Shown piece after piece: positions 1 to 9,687 of a stretch of DNA of 35,717 nt. Position 1 is the first letter of the stretch; every line of letters starts with the position of its first letter. Below the pieces are notes generated by a model, which saw nothing but the letters and a program-made list of their open reading frames with translations, was not told the origin of the DNA and did not search any database. The stretch is from a virus. Location: IMG/VR virus record IMGVR_UViG_3300006099_000051. One strand, given 5' to 3'. A program made the position numbers and the translations under genes.

Positions 1-77
1 AACGCTTTATATCTGATTTGTTCCGGTTAAAAGCCGAAGCTATTTGCGAATGTTTTGAGGCGGAAAGGCTGGCGGGG
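1..77. repeat. Terminal overlap identical to 35641..35717
   Basis: Direct comparison gives 77/77 nt identity (aacgctttatatctgatttgttccgg...ggaaaggctggcgggg). Confidence 0.97.
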
Positions 78-638
78 TTTGTTCCGGATTTGCCGCCGGA
101 AATTCAAATGCAGGCGGTGGAATTGCTTAAAACCCAGAAGCTGCGCGGAATGGTGCTGGGAATTGAGACGGACACGGTTTTCAATCAGGAAGCAGAGGCC
201 GAAAAGGCGTTGAATGCCGTCAAGACCGTTAATGACATGATTAACACCTCGTCGCAGGCGATTATGGCGCAACCGCTTTTATTGCCGGTATATAAACAGA
301 TGATGGCATCAGTCATTGCAACGCTACCTAATGCCAGACAGTTTGAGGCTGTTATTGATGATGTATTTAAGCGTTTGGAACAGCAGCTTAACCAGCCTAA
401 ACAGCCACAGCCTAATCCGCAGTTGATAGCTGTTCAGAATCAGGCTCAGAAGAATCAGCAGGAATTTGCCGTGAAGAAAGAGCAAAACCAGCTGAAAGCG
501 CAAGAGCTGGCTCTAAAACAGCAAGTTGAAGCGGAAAAGCTGGCTATGCAGCGGCAGGAGGCCGAAATGCAATTTGCATTAAAGGCTAATGATGTTGCGG
601 ACGCTAATATTACAACCGGATATGTAAAGGCATTTTAA
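1..638 (+). CDS. Portal protein, C-terminal part (same frame as track ORF 18..638; nt 1-77 duplicate the window end)
   Basis: The codon phase of 34431..35717 ends exactly at 35717 (= nt 77), and nt 78 is in the frame of ORF 18..638. The tail is Q-rich and helical. Confidence 0.85.
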   Translation, partial: RFISDLFRLKAEAICECFEAERLAGFVPDLPPEIQMQAVELLKTQKLRGMVLGIETDTVFNQEAEAEKALNAVKTVNDMINTSSQAIMAQPLLLPVYKQMMASVIATLPNARQFEAVIDDVFKRLEQQLNQPKQPQPNPQLIAVQNQAQKNQQEFAVKKEQNQLKAQELALKQQVEAEKLAMQRQEAEMQFALKANDVADANITTGYVKAF

Positions 639-859
639 TGTTTAAAGATGAAATTGTTCTGCCGGATGGAAGCGTGGCTTCTTCAGCGGCAGATATGGAC
701 AGGTATTTAAAAGCCAATGATTTGGTTTTAAGCGACAATTATTCAGGCGAGTATCGGCGAAATATCCGCTTGCGTAATGAAAAAGCCCAAAAAAATGACC
801 TTTGGGCTGAATTTTTAAAAAATTACAAAAGGATGATTTGGAATGGAAAATTTAATTGA
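638..859 (+). CDS. Small hypothetical protein (73 aa)
   Basis: Start overlaps the portal stop (TAATG). No recognisable motif. Confidence 0.5.
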   Translation: MFKDEIVLPDGSVASSAADMDRYLKANDLVLSDNYSGEYRRNIRLRNEKAQKNDLWAEFLKNYKRMIWNGKFN

Positions 860-1712
860 TGGTAATCCGGCTGGCTCACCGCCGCCGGAAGTTACTAATG
901 GTCAGGAAGAACAAGTATGCGAAACAACGGCACAGGTCACCCCGATTGCCGAAGGCGATGCATATTTGGACGCTCCGAAGAGTTACAAACAGGAATATGC
1001 TGAAACTTTCAGGACTTTGCCGCCCGAAATGCGCAAGTATTTGCATCAGCGGGAAAAAGAAATGGAACAGGGAGTAAGCAAGTATCAGGAACGCCTTAAC
1101 AGCTATAAGTGGCTAGACAATGTGTATCAGCCCCGACAGGAGCGTTTGCGTCAGGCAGGGATTAATCATCCGCAAGAATGGTATGAAACCCTTGCCGCTT
1201 TTGATGATGCGCTAAACAGTGACCCGCAGAGTGTTGTAAAAACATTAGCTGAAGCTTATGGCGTTAGTTTTGACGGTTCTGAAAGTCAGGAAAGTCAATT
1301 GCGGCAGGAAATTAACCAATTGAAGCAGGGGTTCAGCTCGTTGAAAGGTTTTATTGCCAATCAGCGGCAGGCTGAATTAAAGGCTGAAATTCAAAATTTC
1401 ATTGATGCAAAAGATGACAGCGGCGCTTTGGTTCATCCTCATTTTGACAAGGTTAAGCACATCATGGGAAAACTCATGACCAGCGCGGCCGTCAAAAATA
1501 TTCAAGAGGCATATGACCAAGCAGTTTGGCTTGATCCTGAAATCAGGCAGCAGCTTATGGCAGCACAGTCAGAGGCGCGCCTGAAAAGCAAAGTTGAAGA
1601 AGCGGCAAAGGCGAAGGAAGCCGGGTTTGATCCAAAAGGAAAAGCAATCGGTGCAGCTCCGGAGTTGTCGACCCGTGAGCTTTTAGAACAGCAATTTGCC
1701 GCTTTGGAATAG
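843..1712 (+). CDS. Putative scaffolding protein
   Basis: 289 aa, acidic, E/Q/K-rich and predicted helical. It lies between the portal and major capsid genes, like T7 gp9. Confidence 0.6.
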   Translation: MENLIDGNPAGSPPPEVTNGQEEQVCETTAQVTPIAEGDAYLDAPKSYKQEYAETFRTLPPEMRKYLHQREKEMEQGVSKYQERLNSYKWLDNVYQPRQERLRQAGINHPQEWYETLAAFDDALNSDPQSVVKTLAEAYGVSFDGSESQESQLRQEINQLKQGFSSLKGFIANQRQAELKAEIQNFIDAKDDSGALVHPHFDKVKHIMGKLMTSAAVKNIQEAYDQAVWLDPEIRQQLMAAQSEARLKSKVEEAAKAKEAGFDPKGKAIGAAPELSTRELLEQQFAALE

Positions 1713-1739
1713 ATTTACTTTTTTTAAGGAGAAAGAGAA

Positions 1740-2720
1740 ATGGCAAGTCCTAATTCTAATTATAACGACATTTTTACCACAACGCTGGAAAGCCGCACTG
1801 GTAAACTTGCCGATAATGTGTCTGAGAACAACGCTTTGTTGTCGCGTTTGAAGGCAAAAAACAAAATTCGTCCGATTTCCGGCGGTTCTAAAATTGTGGA
1901 AGAACTGGAATACGGCGAAGGGGATATGGTGTGGTATAATGGTTACGACACAATTGATTACACGCCCAAGCAGCTGTTTACTGCCGCGGAATTTGACATG
2001 AAAATGTGCGCAGTGCCGGTGGCGATTACCGGCGAAGATATGCTGAAGAACAGCGGGCGCGAGCAGATGATTGATTTGTTTGAAAAGCGCATTGAAAACG
2101 CTCGTAAGACGATGATTAACAAAATGTCTGCTGCGATTTACGGTGATGGAACAACCGCGAAATCTATTGGCGGCTTAAAGCTGTTGGTGGCTGACAGTCC
2201 GGAAACTGGAACGGTTGGTGGCATTAACCGCGCCACTTCCGGAAATGAATTCTGGCGAAACAAAGCAATGACGGCTTCTGCGGCTTTGACATCTGAAACC
2301 ATCCGTCCGTTGATGGATAAGATGTTTCTGGCGTTAAGCCGTGGTACGGATAAGCCAGATATTATCGTGGCATCCGATGACATGTATTCGCTCTACGAGC
2401 AGTCTTTGACGCCGTTGCAGCGTTTTAGTGATGCCAAGTTGGCTGACGCAGGTTTCCAGACCTTAAAATATAAAGGTGTGGATGTCATCTATGACGGCGG
2501 CCAAGGCGGCAAATGTCCAGACAAACATATGTATTTCCTAAACACAGATTACATTTATCTGCGGCCGCATAAAGACCGGAATATGAAGGTTATCGGCGGG
2601 GATCGTATGGCAATCAATCAGGATGCATTGTATCGGATTATTGGCTGGGCTGGCAATATGACAATGTCTAATGCCAAATTGCAGGGTGTTTTGATAGATA
2701 AGGCAACGCCGGCGGCTTAG
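1740..2720 (+). CDS. Major capsid protein
   Basis: 326 aa with a strong RBS (aaggagaaagagaaATG). An intrinsic terminator follows directly. Position after the scaffold gene. Confidence 0.8.
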   Translation: MASPNSNYNDIFTTTLESRTGKLADNVSENNALLSRLKAKNKIRPISGGSKIVEELEYGEGDMVWYNGYDTIDYTPKQLFTAAEFDMKMCAVPVAITGEDMLKNSGREQMIDLFEKRIENARKTMINKMSAAIYGDGTTAKSIGGLKLLVADSPETGTVGGINRATSGNEFWRNKAMTASAALTSETIRPLMDKMFLALSRGTDKPDIIVASDDMYSLYEQSLTPLQRFSDAKLADAGFQTLKYKGVDVIYDGGQGGKCPDKHMYFLNTDYIYLRPHKDRNMKVIGGDRMAINQDALYRIIGWAGNMTMSNAKLQGVLIDKATPAA

Positions 2721-2734
2721 TTTGAAGCTGGTTA

Positions 2735-2769
2735 AACGGGCAGCAATAACAATTGCCGCCCGTTCTTTT
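2735..2769 (+). terminator. Intrinsic terminator after the capsid gene
   Basis: aacgggcagcaat-aaca-attgccgcccgtt forms a 12-bp interrupted stem, followed by cttttat. Confidence 0.7.
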
Positions 2770-2799
2770 ATATCACTAACTAAATAAGGATTAAAAAAA

Positions 2800-3366
2800 A
2801 TGGATGCAGATTTCGCGATGTTTCAGGAATTGTTAAATAATTCAAAAACGGAAGAAGGCGTTTGGGCCAGATTTTATGACCGTTCGGTAAAAACTGAACA
2901 GATTGGCAAAGACGGGCTGCCTGTGTTTGAAAATCGTACTTTTGTAGAAATTCGTACAAAAAACAACACTACCGATATTTATGACCAGCCGGCTGACCAA
3001 GAAAAAATTAAACGTTTCCCGGTGGAATATCAGCGTTATAAAATTGAGAAAAAGCAAAATGATAATGGTTCTCCTATTAATCAATTTGCTTTTTTGGATG
3101 CGGCGCAGATTGATAGTCTGCGGGTTCGCGGGATTTTTACGGTTGAGACTTTGGCGGAATTGCCCGATGACAAAGCCAAAGATTTGAACATTACGACTGA
3201 ACGCAATCTGGCTAAGAAATTTTTGGATAATGCCAAAGATAATAAGGCGTTGGTTGAGTGGGAAAAGAAAGAAGCCGAATATACGGCAGAAATTGAAGCG
3301 TTGCAAAAGAAAATTGCTGAATTACAGGCAAAGCTTGAAGAAATGGCTACGGCCAGCAAAAAATAA
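2800..3366 (+). CDS. Virion-module protein of unknown function with a C-terminal coiled coil
   Basis: 188-aa ORF in the head-tail gene string. The C-terminus (EAEYTAEIEALQKKIAELQAKLEE) has a heptad-like pattern. Confidence 0.6.
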   Translation: MDADFAMFQELLNNSKTEEGVWARFYDRSVKTEQIGKDGLPVFENRTFVEIRTKNNTTDIYDQPADQEKIKRFPVEYQRYKIEKKQNDNGSPINQFAFLDAAQIDSLRVRGIFTVETLAELPDDKAKDLNITTERNLAKKFLDNAKDNKALVEWEKKEAEYTAEIEALQKKIAELQAKLEEMATASKK

Positions 3367-3379
3367 GGTTGATTACTAT

Positions 3380-3408
3380 CCCGCTCCCTCATGCTTAAAG
3401 GGAGCGGG
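3380..3408 (+). other. Stable stem-loop without a U-tract, just upstream of an RBS
   Basis: cccgctccct (3380-3389) pairs with agggagcggg (3399-3408) around a 9-nt loop. It is followed by caggagagaaagATG. Confidence 0.6.
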
Positions 3409-3420
3409 CAGGAGAGAAAG

Positions 3421-4134
3421 ATGAAGTCAATTTTGGAAATTTGTCAGGAAGTGGCGGATATTTCCGCAACCAAGAGGCCGGAAGATTTATTTGACCGCAA
3501 TTCGCAGCATGAAGCCATTTGGCTATCAGTGGCCAAAATGGAATTGGATAACTTGTTGCGTTTTGGCGATTGGCAAGAACTGACCAAAGAGGGAGTATTG
3601 AGGACAGCTGCTAAAAAGACGAAATATATTATGTCTAATGTTGTGCCGGATTTTTATTCACTCCTGAACAATACTGTTTATGTTAAAGACGGACAGGAAA
3701 AGGTTATCGGTGCGATTACGCCTGAAGAATGGATGCGGGAAAAATATTTTAATTGTCCGGGTGCGGACATTAAATTTAAGCTGCAAAACGGTATGATTAA
3801 TTTTCTTACACCGCCGGCGGACGGATTAAAAATCGTCTTTCAATACCGCTCTAATAATATTGTGATGGATGGCGGGACTTTTGAAGAGAAAAGCATATTA
3901 AGCAAAAACAGTGATATTCCTATTTTTGATGAGTATGTGGTAAAACTTGGCATTTTGTGGCGGTGGTATCGGCGGAATGGCTTGGATTATACAGAAGAAT
4001 TTAATGAGTATGAGCGCGAACGCAAGCTTAAATTTGGCACTGGTTTGGCAACTAAGGATATTAATTTGGCTGGAAATTATTTTGAAGTGACTGATGAGCC
4101 GGTCTTTATTAATCCAGCGCCCCGGACAATGTGA
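3421..4134 (+). CDS. Putative head-tail adaptor / tail tubular protein A-like
   Basis: RBS aggagagaaag upstream of the ATG at 3421 (the track ORF starts at 3391). Position corresponds to T7 gp11. The function is inferred from gene order only. Confidence 0.55.
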   Translation: MKSILEICQEVADISATKRPEDLFDRNSQHEAIWLSVAKMELDNLLRFGDWQELTKEGVLRTAAKKTKYIMSNVVPDFYSLLNNTVYVKDGQEKVIGAITPEEWMREKYFNCPGADIKFKLQNGMINFLTPPADGLKIVFQYRSNNIVMDGGTFEEKSILSKNSDIPIFDEYVVKLGILWRWYRRNGLDYTEEFNEYERERKLKFGTGLATKDINLAGNYFEVTDEPVFINPAPRTM

Positions 4135-4142
4135 GGTTTAAA

Positions 4143-5696
4143 ATGCAACAAAGACAGACGCAACGAGGCAATAAGTCTGGCAATTACACGTTGCCTTCGC
4201 CGGTGGGCGGGTTAAATGCCCGGGATTCGATTGACAAGATGGCACTGAGTGATGCCATTGTCATGGATAATTATATTCCGCTTGACACCAAGGTGGTTTT
4301 GCGGCGCGGCTATCAGGAATATGCCCGTTTGAATGTTCCGGTTAAGACTTTGGTTGAATATAAAAAGCCGGGGGCAGACCGTTTAATTGCCATTGGCGGT
4401 GGAAAGGCTTGGAATTTAACATCTAAAGCCAATGTGACGGATTATGACGTCAGTTTTAAAGACAATACTTGTCAGACGATGCAATATAAAGACAGGTTGT
4501 TTTTTGTAAACGGTTATGACGTTCCGAAAGTTTTTTACGTAAACGAAAACGGGGAAGACGTTTTTGAGGACTGGGGGTTTACCCACGAAACGATTGTGCC
4601 GGAGCGGATGATTAATGTCAGCGTGTCAAAGCAGTTTTTGTGGTTTGTAGAGAAAGACAGCTTAAAGGCTTGGTATCCTTCTGTGGGCGGTAATACGGCA
4701 GGAGAGCTGGTTTATTTTGACCTTTCGGCGGTGGCAAGGTTTGGCGGCTATTTGGTAGCAGTATTGAACTGGACGCAGGATGGTGGGCAGGGAATTGACG
4801 ATTTGACTGTCTTTTTAACATCGGAGGGCGAAGCGCTGGTTTATGCTGGTTCTAATCCGAATAATGCGGCAGATTGGGCGCTGCGCGGGGCGTATAAAAT
4901 CAGCAAGCCTATCGGTTGGCGTTGCGCGATGCAGTATCAGGGAGATGTGGTTATTATCACTGAAGACGGATATATTCCGCTGGCCAAAGCTTTGCCGTTG
5001 GAAAAGGCTAATGCTTCCCAGATTGCTTTTAGCGATAAAATCCGAGGGTTGGTATTAGAACGAGCCAGAAGCAATCGTGAGAAGGAGGGATGGCAGGCGG
5101 TTATCTACGGCCGCGGCGGATATGCTATTTTTAACGTGCCGACGGCAAATCAGTTTGAGCAGCACGTGGTTAATCTTAATTCCGGGGCATGGTGTCGCTT
5201 TACAAATATTCGCGCATTTTGCTGGGGGATGTTTCAAGGCAGGGTGTTTTTTGGGTCAGACAAAGCGGTGTTTTTGTTTGATGAAGGTTATTCTGATAAC
5301 GGAAATCATATTCTGGGGGAGGTTCAGCAGGCTTTTAGTTCGCTGGGTACGCCCAATCTTAAAAAAATCCAGCTGCTTAATCCGCGGACAAAATCGTCAA
5401 CGCAATATGCTTTGGTGATTTATACCAATATGGACTTTGAAGAGCGTAAAGTCGGATATCGCGAGAATATCGGTTCAACCGGTATGACTAAATGGGATGT
5501 GGCGGTGTGGAGCAGCTTAGCCAATCCTATCGGGACAAAGTGGGCAACTTTGCGCGGGAAAATCCGCAGTCAATGGATTGCCAATGCAGCGACAGGTTTT
5601 AAAGCAAGTATTGTTTTTAAGACCAAAACCCGAGGAAACCTGATTGAATGGTATGACACGGGAATTCGATACGAACAAGGGCAGAACATCATTTAA
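4143..5696 (+). CDS. Putative tail tubular protein B (nozzle)-like
   Basis: RBS gaggt upstream of the ATG at 4143. The N-terminus LPSPVGGLNARDS...VMDNYIP...VLRRGY resembles the T7 gp12 N-terminal pattern. Position and size fit. Confidence 0.55.
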   Translation: MQQRQTQRGNKSGNYTLPSPVGGLNARDSIDKMALSDAIVMDNYIPLDTKVVLRRGYQEYARLNVPVKTLVEYKKPGADRLIAIGGGKAWNLTSKANVTDYDVSFKDNTCQTMQYKDRLFFVNGYDVPKVFYVNENGEDVFEDWGFTHETIVPERMINVSVSKQFLWFVEKDSLKAWYPSVGGNTAGELVYFDLSAVARFGGYLVAVLNWTQDGGQGIDDLTVFLTSEGEALVYAGSNPNNAADWALRGAYKISKPIGWRCAMQYQGDVVIITEDGYIPLAKALPLEKANASQIAFSDKIRGLVLERARSNREKEGWQAVIYGRGGYAIFNVPTANQFEQHVVNLNSGAWCRFTNIRAFCWGMFQGRVFFGSDKAVFLFDEGYSDNGNHILGEVQQAFSSLGTPNLKKIQLLNPRTKSSTQYALVIYTNMDFEERKVGYRENIGSTGMTKWDVAVWSSLANPIGTKWATLRGKIRSQWIANAATGFKASIVFKTKTRGNLIEWYDTGIRYEQGQNII

Positions 5697-5732
5697 GTAA
5701 ATTAAATGATGTTTTTTTTATATGGAGGGACA

Positions 5733-6617
5733 ATGTTACAAAATACTATTGGCGGTAAGTTGGGGTTGTTTGGCAGTAAAGCCAGTGGAAAAATGAATCT
5801 GGGAACTGCGATGGCTCTTAATACGTTGAACGGGATTGATACCAGCGATTATGATGCGGTGAACAGTAATTTTCAGGATATTGCCAAAGCGTTGAGCGAG
5901 AATAGCAATCTGGGAAACTGGACCTGGTCTGTTGACGGGTCGGATGAAGCCAGACAGCGTGCTGAAGCCGCGGCTTTTCAATCTTATCTGGATAAGACAG
6001 AGCCGGTTTATAAGCAGCAAACTAATGATTTGCAGACGAGATTAGTTAATCAAGGGCTAACACCGGGGAGTGAGGCCTATCAGCGGGCAATGACGGATTT
6101 GCAAAATAATCAGAATGATGCAACCAATCAGGCGGCTTATAATGCGACTTTAGCCGGGCAGAACGCGTTTACACAATCGTTGGGCGATCAGATAAATGCC
6201 GGGAATTTTGGCAATCAAGCGCAAGTAGGGGCGGTTAATCAGGCTTGGAATCTGTTGTCTAATTCAATGAGTGGTTATGATAAGAATATGGCCAGGGCTA
6301 ATTTGCTGACCGGATGGGATAACCAGCGACAAACGGCTAATCAGGCTAACGCTGCGGCTAATCAGCAAAATATGAATAATTTACTGCAAGCAGGCGCTAT
6401 GTTGGCGATGTTTTCCGATGCGAGGCTGAAAGAAAATATTCGGCGCGTTGGCTGGTTGGATAACGGGCTGCCGGTTTATTGCTATACTTTTAAAAATGAC
6501 AATCGTCCGCAAATCGGGCTTTTGGCGCAAGAAGTGCAAAAGGTTAAGCCGGAGGCGGTGAGCGAAACGGCTGACGGGTATTTGACGGTGAGATATGATT
6601 TGGCAACGGAGGCTTAA
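5733..6617 (+). CDS. Q/N-rich virion protein with a C-terminal S74-type intramolecular chaperone (autoproteolytic) domain
   Basis: RBS ggaggg upstream of the ATG at 5733. The C-terminus SDARLKENIRRVGWL...IGLLAQEVQKVKPEAV...YLTVRYDLA matches the SDxRxKxNI...AQEV signature of endosialidase and tail-fibre chaperone domains. Confidence 0.7.
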   Translation: MLQNTIGGKLGLFGSKASGKMNLGTAMALNTLNGIDTSDYDAVNSNFQDIAKALSENSNLGNWTWSVDGSDEARQRAEAAAFQSYLDKTEPVYKQQTNDLQTRLVNQGLTPGSEAYQRAMTDLQNNQNDATNQAAYNATLAGQNAFTQSLGDQINAGNFGNQAQVGAVNQAWNLLSNSMSGYDKNMARANLLTGWDNQRQTANQANAAANQQNMNNLLQAGAMLAMFSDARLKENIRRVGWLDNGLPVYCYTFKNDNRPQIGLLAQEVQKVKPEAVSETADGYLTVRYDLATEA

Positions 6618-6620
6618 ATA

Positions 6621-7457
6621 ATGCGGATGAAACAATTTAACAGAGACCAAGCGATTGTTAACACAATGAATCAGTTTACGCCGCAAGCGGTGTCAGGCGT
6701 GGATTGGGCAAAGGCTTTGGAAACCTATAATTCCGCCAGCAGGCAGGCACAGGAAGACAAGCACCGGCAGGAATTGGCTGCCGCTTTAGAGGGTGGAGAT
6801 CAGAGCAAGATTACTGGGGCAATGGCTAATTATAATCCGATGGCGGCGGCGCAGATGATGCTTCAAGAAAAAAATCGAACTGCTGACAGGGATTGGGAGC
6901 GTGAGAAGCTTAGTTTGCAAAATCAATATGCATTGAAGTTGTTTAAGGATAGAAGCGAATTAGCACAGCAGTTTCAAAAACCAGCGCTTTCTGAATTTGA
7001 CAAAGTTTTGCAACGAGAACAAGCGAAGAATTATGCCGCTGAATTGGAGAATCAAAGAAACTTAAAGTCTGTGATGCCTAAAATTGAGAATGATGTTGAC
7101 CGGCTTATGGAGTTGGCCGGAACAGCAACATATACAGGAACAGGAAAAGCTTTAGATTGGGTAGCATCACAGTTTGGTAAAGGAACAGAAGGGGCTGTTG
7201 CGCGAGCAGAAATGGAAAATATTGTTGAGAATAATGTTTTGCCGCAATTAAGAACATTGTTAGGTGCGCAATTCACGGAAAAAGAGGGAGAAAAAGTTAA
7301 ACAGACGATTATGGATCCTAACCGGACACCGGCAGAGCGTAGAGTTCAGTTGAAAAATTTTCTTAATTCAAAATATGATGCTTTACGGCAAAGTAATCAA
7401 AAATTGCAATTATTTGGCGGGAATAGTCAAAATAATGATCCATTGGGGATTTTGTAG
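6621..7457 (+). CDS. Putative internal virion (ejection) protein
   Basis: 278 aa and helical. RBS ggagg. Position equivalent to T7 gp14/15. Confidence 0.5.
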   Translation: MRMKQFNRDQAIVNTMNQFTPQAVSGVDWAKALETYNSASRQAQEDKHRQELAAALEGGDQSKITGAMANYNPMAAAQMMLQEKNRTADRDWEREKLSLQNQYALKLFKDRSELAQQFQKPALSEFDKVLQREQAKNYAAELENQRNLKSVMPKIENDVDRLMELAGTATYTGTGKALDWVASQFGKGTEGAVARAEMENIVENNVLPQLRTLLGAQFTEKEGEKVKQTIMDPNRTPAERRVQLKNFLNSKYDALRQSNQKLQLFGGNSQNNDPLGIL

Positions 7458-7466
7458 GAGGGGATT

Positions 7467-9299
7467 ATGAATATTGCAGAAATCAGACAGAAATATCCGC
7501 AATATAATGATTTGAGCGATGAACAATTGGCTAAAGGCTTGCATCAAAAATATTATGCCAATATGTCTTTTGACGATTTTTCGCAGAGGATTGGGTTGTC
7601 TAAAATGCCACAGATTACGGATGAGCAGCGAGAAGTTATTCAGGCTAGAAATAAAGCTTATGAAGATAAACAGGCTTCTCATTGGACGCAAAACCCTTTA
7701 ATACGGGGAGCTGTTGCTTTAGGACAGGGAATTTCAAACGCTTCGTTAAATCCAGCGGGTTATGTTGCTAGAAAAATAGGGATTGATACCAAACCATTGC
7801 AGGAGGAAAATGCAGCCGAGAGAGCTTTAGAAAAAGCAGGGGAATATGGCTTCAATGCGGCCGTTTTGTCTCCTGTCGGTAATTATCTGAAAGCTGCGGG
7901 CTTGCTTGGTAAAGGGCAAAGATTAGCCAGTAAAGCAGCGAGAGCGGTTTTGGCCCCGGGGAAAGGAGCCATGACGGCGGCGGCTTCTGGTGGTGCATTG
8001 GAGGGAGTTGTGGATCCGGAAAGTACAACTGGAAAAATTGCGGCAAATGTCGTCGGCGGTATGTTGGGCGGCGCAGCCGCAAATATTAGTAACCGTACTT
8101 ATCAGACCTTAAAAGGCGGTTTGGAAAATATTGCTGGCAATAAAAATGCAGCTCGGATTGTTCGCCGTGCTGCAAAGTTTGACGATGAGGTTGCGGAAAA
8201 GGTGTTGGCGGATATGTCTGATGCTGCCGCGGGGATTAATTCCCGAACAGCTGCCCAAATTGAAAGGAATTTAGGCAAGCCGAATTTAGATACAAAGAAA
8301 GGTATTGACGAAGCAAATAAAATTTATGGGAATTATATTTCTGATAATTTAAACAAAAGGACTGGATATGTAAAACAGCCGCGGAGTTTTAATGAATTTC
8401 AACAAGATGCATATGAAGATGCCTTAAAAGAAGGATTGAGGAAAGCGCCAAAGGGAGCTAAAGAATTTGGACTAGCTCATATAAACGAAGCAAAGAAAAT
8501 TCTTAATGACAAAATTGCAAACTCATATACGGTTAAAGGATTAGAGGTAATTCCTACCACAGATACGGCTTTGTTGACTGAAGTTAAAAAAACAGTGGAT
8601 AAAATGTTGCAGGGTGCTGGAATTAAACCATATGACGATCTTGCCAGGCAAGCAAAAGATATAGATTATTTTTATAGGCTTGGCAAAGAATATAAGCCAA
8701 GTAATATAAAATATTCAAATATAAATTTTCGCAAGCCTGCCAATGCTGCAGGAAATGAGTTAGAGTTTAATCGCTATATAGATAGGAAAAAAGCGTTTAA
8801 ATCTGGATTGTCTGAAAATATTTTATATAATTCGACGCCGCAGCAGAATTTATCCAGAGAAGCGAAGAAGTATCAAAATATTTTAAGCGAGCATCTTTAT
8901 GGAGATTCTCATAAGAAATTTTTGGAAGGAATTACTAAAAATGAGATAGATTATAATCGTTTGGCCAAGATAGGGAACTCAGCTGAAAATCATTTGGCAG
9001 TTCCGGAGGGAACGCGATTCTTCGGACGTGAACAGTTCGAAAGTAAAGGGGCTGGTGTTGGTGCCGCTTTGGATTATGCTTTGGGGCGATTAAATAGCGG
9101 ATATTATAAAAAAGCCGCACAACAGCTCTTAAACAGTAAAGGTGAGAATGTTAATGTTTTAACCAGCCCTGTTTATCAACAAATTCTGCGAAATATTTTG
9201 ACTGGAAGTGTTAAAGGGGCAGGTAGTAATATCAGAATAATGTCGTTACGGGATGTTGTGAAAAAATTGGGAGATAACGATGAATCTGCTAAAAAGTAA
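7467..9299 (+). CDS. Putative internal virion (ejection) protein, large
   Basis: 610 aa with Gly/Ala-rich hydrophobic stretches (GAMTAAASGGALEG...VVGGMLGGAAANI). Position equivalent to T7 gp15/16. Confidence 0.5.
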   Translation: MNIAEIRQKYPQYNDLSDEQLAKGLHQKYYANMSFDDFSQRIGLSKMPQITDEQREVIQARNKAYEDKQASHWTQNPLIRGAVALGQGISNASLNPAGYVARKIGIDTKPLQEENAAERALEKAGEYGFNAAVLSPVGNYLKAAGLLGKGQRLASKAARAVLAPGKGAMTAAASGGALEGVVDPESTTGKIAANVVGGMLGGAAANISNRTYQTLKGGLENIAGNKNAARIVRRAAKFDDEVAEKVLADMSDAAAGINSRTAAQIERNLGKPNLDTKKGIDEANKIYGNYISDNLNKRTGYVKQPRSFNEFQQDAYEDALKEGLRKAPKGAKEFGLAHINEAKKILNDKIANSYTVKGLEVIPTTDTALLTEVKKTVDKMLQGAGIKPYDDLARQAKDIDYFYRLGKEYKPSNIKYSNINFRKPANAAGNELEFNRYIDRKKAFKSGLSENILYNSTPQQNLSREAKKYQNILSEHLYGDSHKKFLEGITKNEIDYNRLAKIGNSAENHLAVPEGTRFFGREQFESKGAGVGAALDYALGRLNSGYYKKAAQQLLNSKGENVNVLTSPVYQQILRNILTGSVKGAGSNIRIMSLRDVVKKLGDNDESAKK

Positions 9300-9687
9300 A
9301 AATGAAGCTTTAGCTGAATTGTTGATGCAAGAAGGTGCTTTAACCGGACATGAAATTGCAGATCGTACAAGAAAACAATCTATTTTTGACCCTGCGGTTT
9401 TTTGGGAAACCTATAAAAATTTTAATCATTATAGACCATTGAGATTAAATGATAAGTATAAACATGCTATGATGAATTGTTTAGCTTCCCAACGAGGTAC
9501 AGGCGCTTTGCTGGGGATAGATATTTTATCTAGACTTAAAGAAAAATTTGATGTACTATCAGGAAATAACACGCAGAAAGAAAGCGATGAGGATATGAAA
9601 GCCAATGAAATTGGCCGCTTTTTAGGGTATAAATATCCTGAAGGAAATTGTGATGAAATGGTTCGAAAATATATTCGAAAAAAGTAA
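9280..9687 (+). CDS. Serum-amyloid-A-like domain protein
   Basis: 135 aa. FWETY...DKYKHAMMNCLASQRGTGALLG...DEDMKANEIGRFLGYKYP aligns by eye to the SAA core MWRAY...[22 protein letters not shown]...DQAANEWGRSGKDP. Confidence 0.55.
   Translation: MNLLKSKNEALAELLMQEGALTGHEIADRTRKQSIFDPAVFWETYKNFNHYRPLRLNDKYKHAMMNCLASQRGTGALLGIDILSRLKEKFDVLSGNNTQKESDEDMKANEIGRFLGYKYPEGNCDEMVRKYIRKK

Noticed and set aside
5694-6623. Same-frame adjacency of 4131..5696, 5706..6617 and 6621..7457 (possible read-through chain)
   Set aside because: The first junction has two in-frame TAA codons. The second has a TAA followed by a good RBS and ATG. No paralogue-based evidence for fusion exists here, unlike the fibre junction at 13915, so chance explains it.
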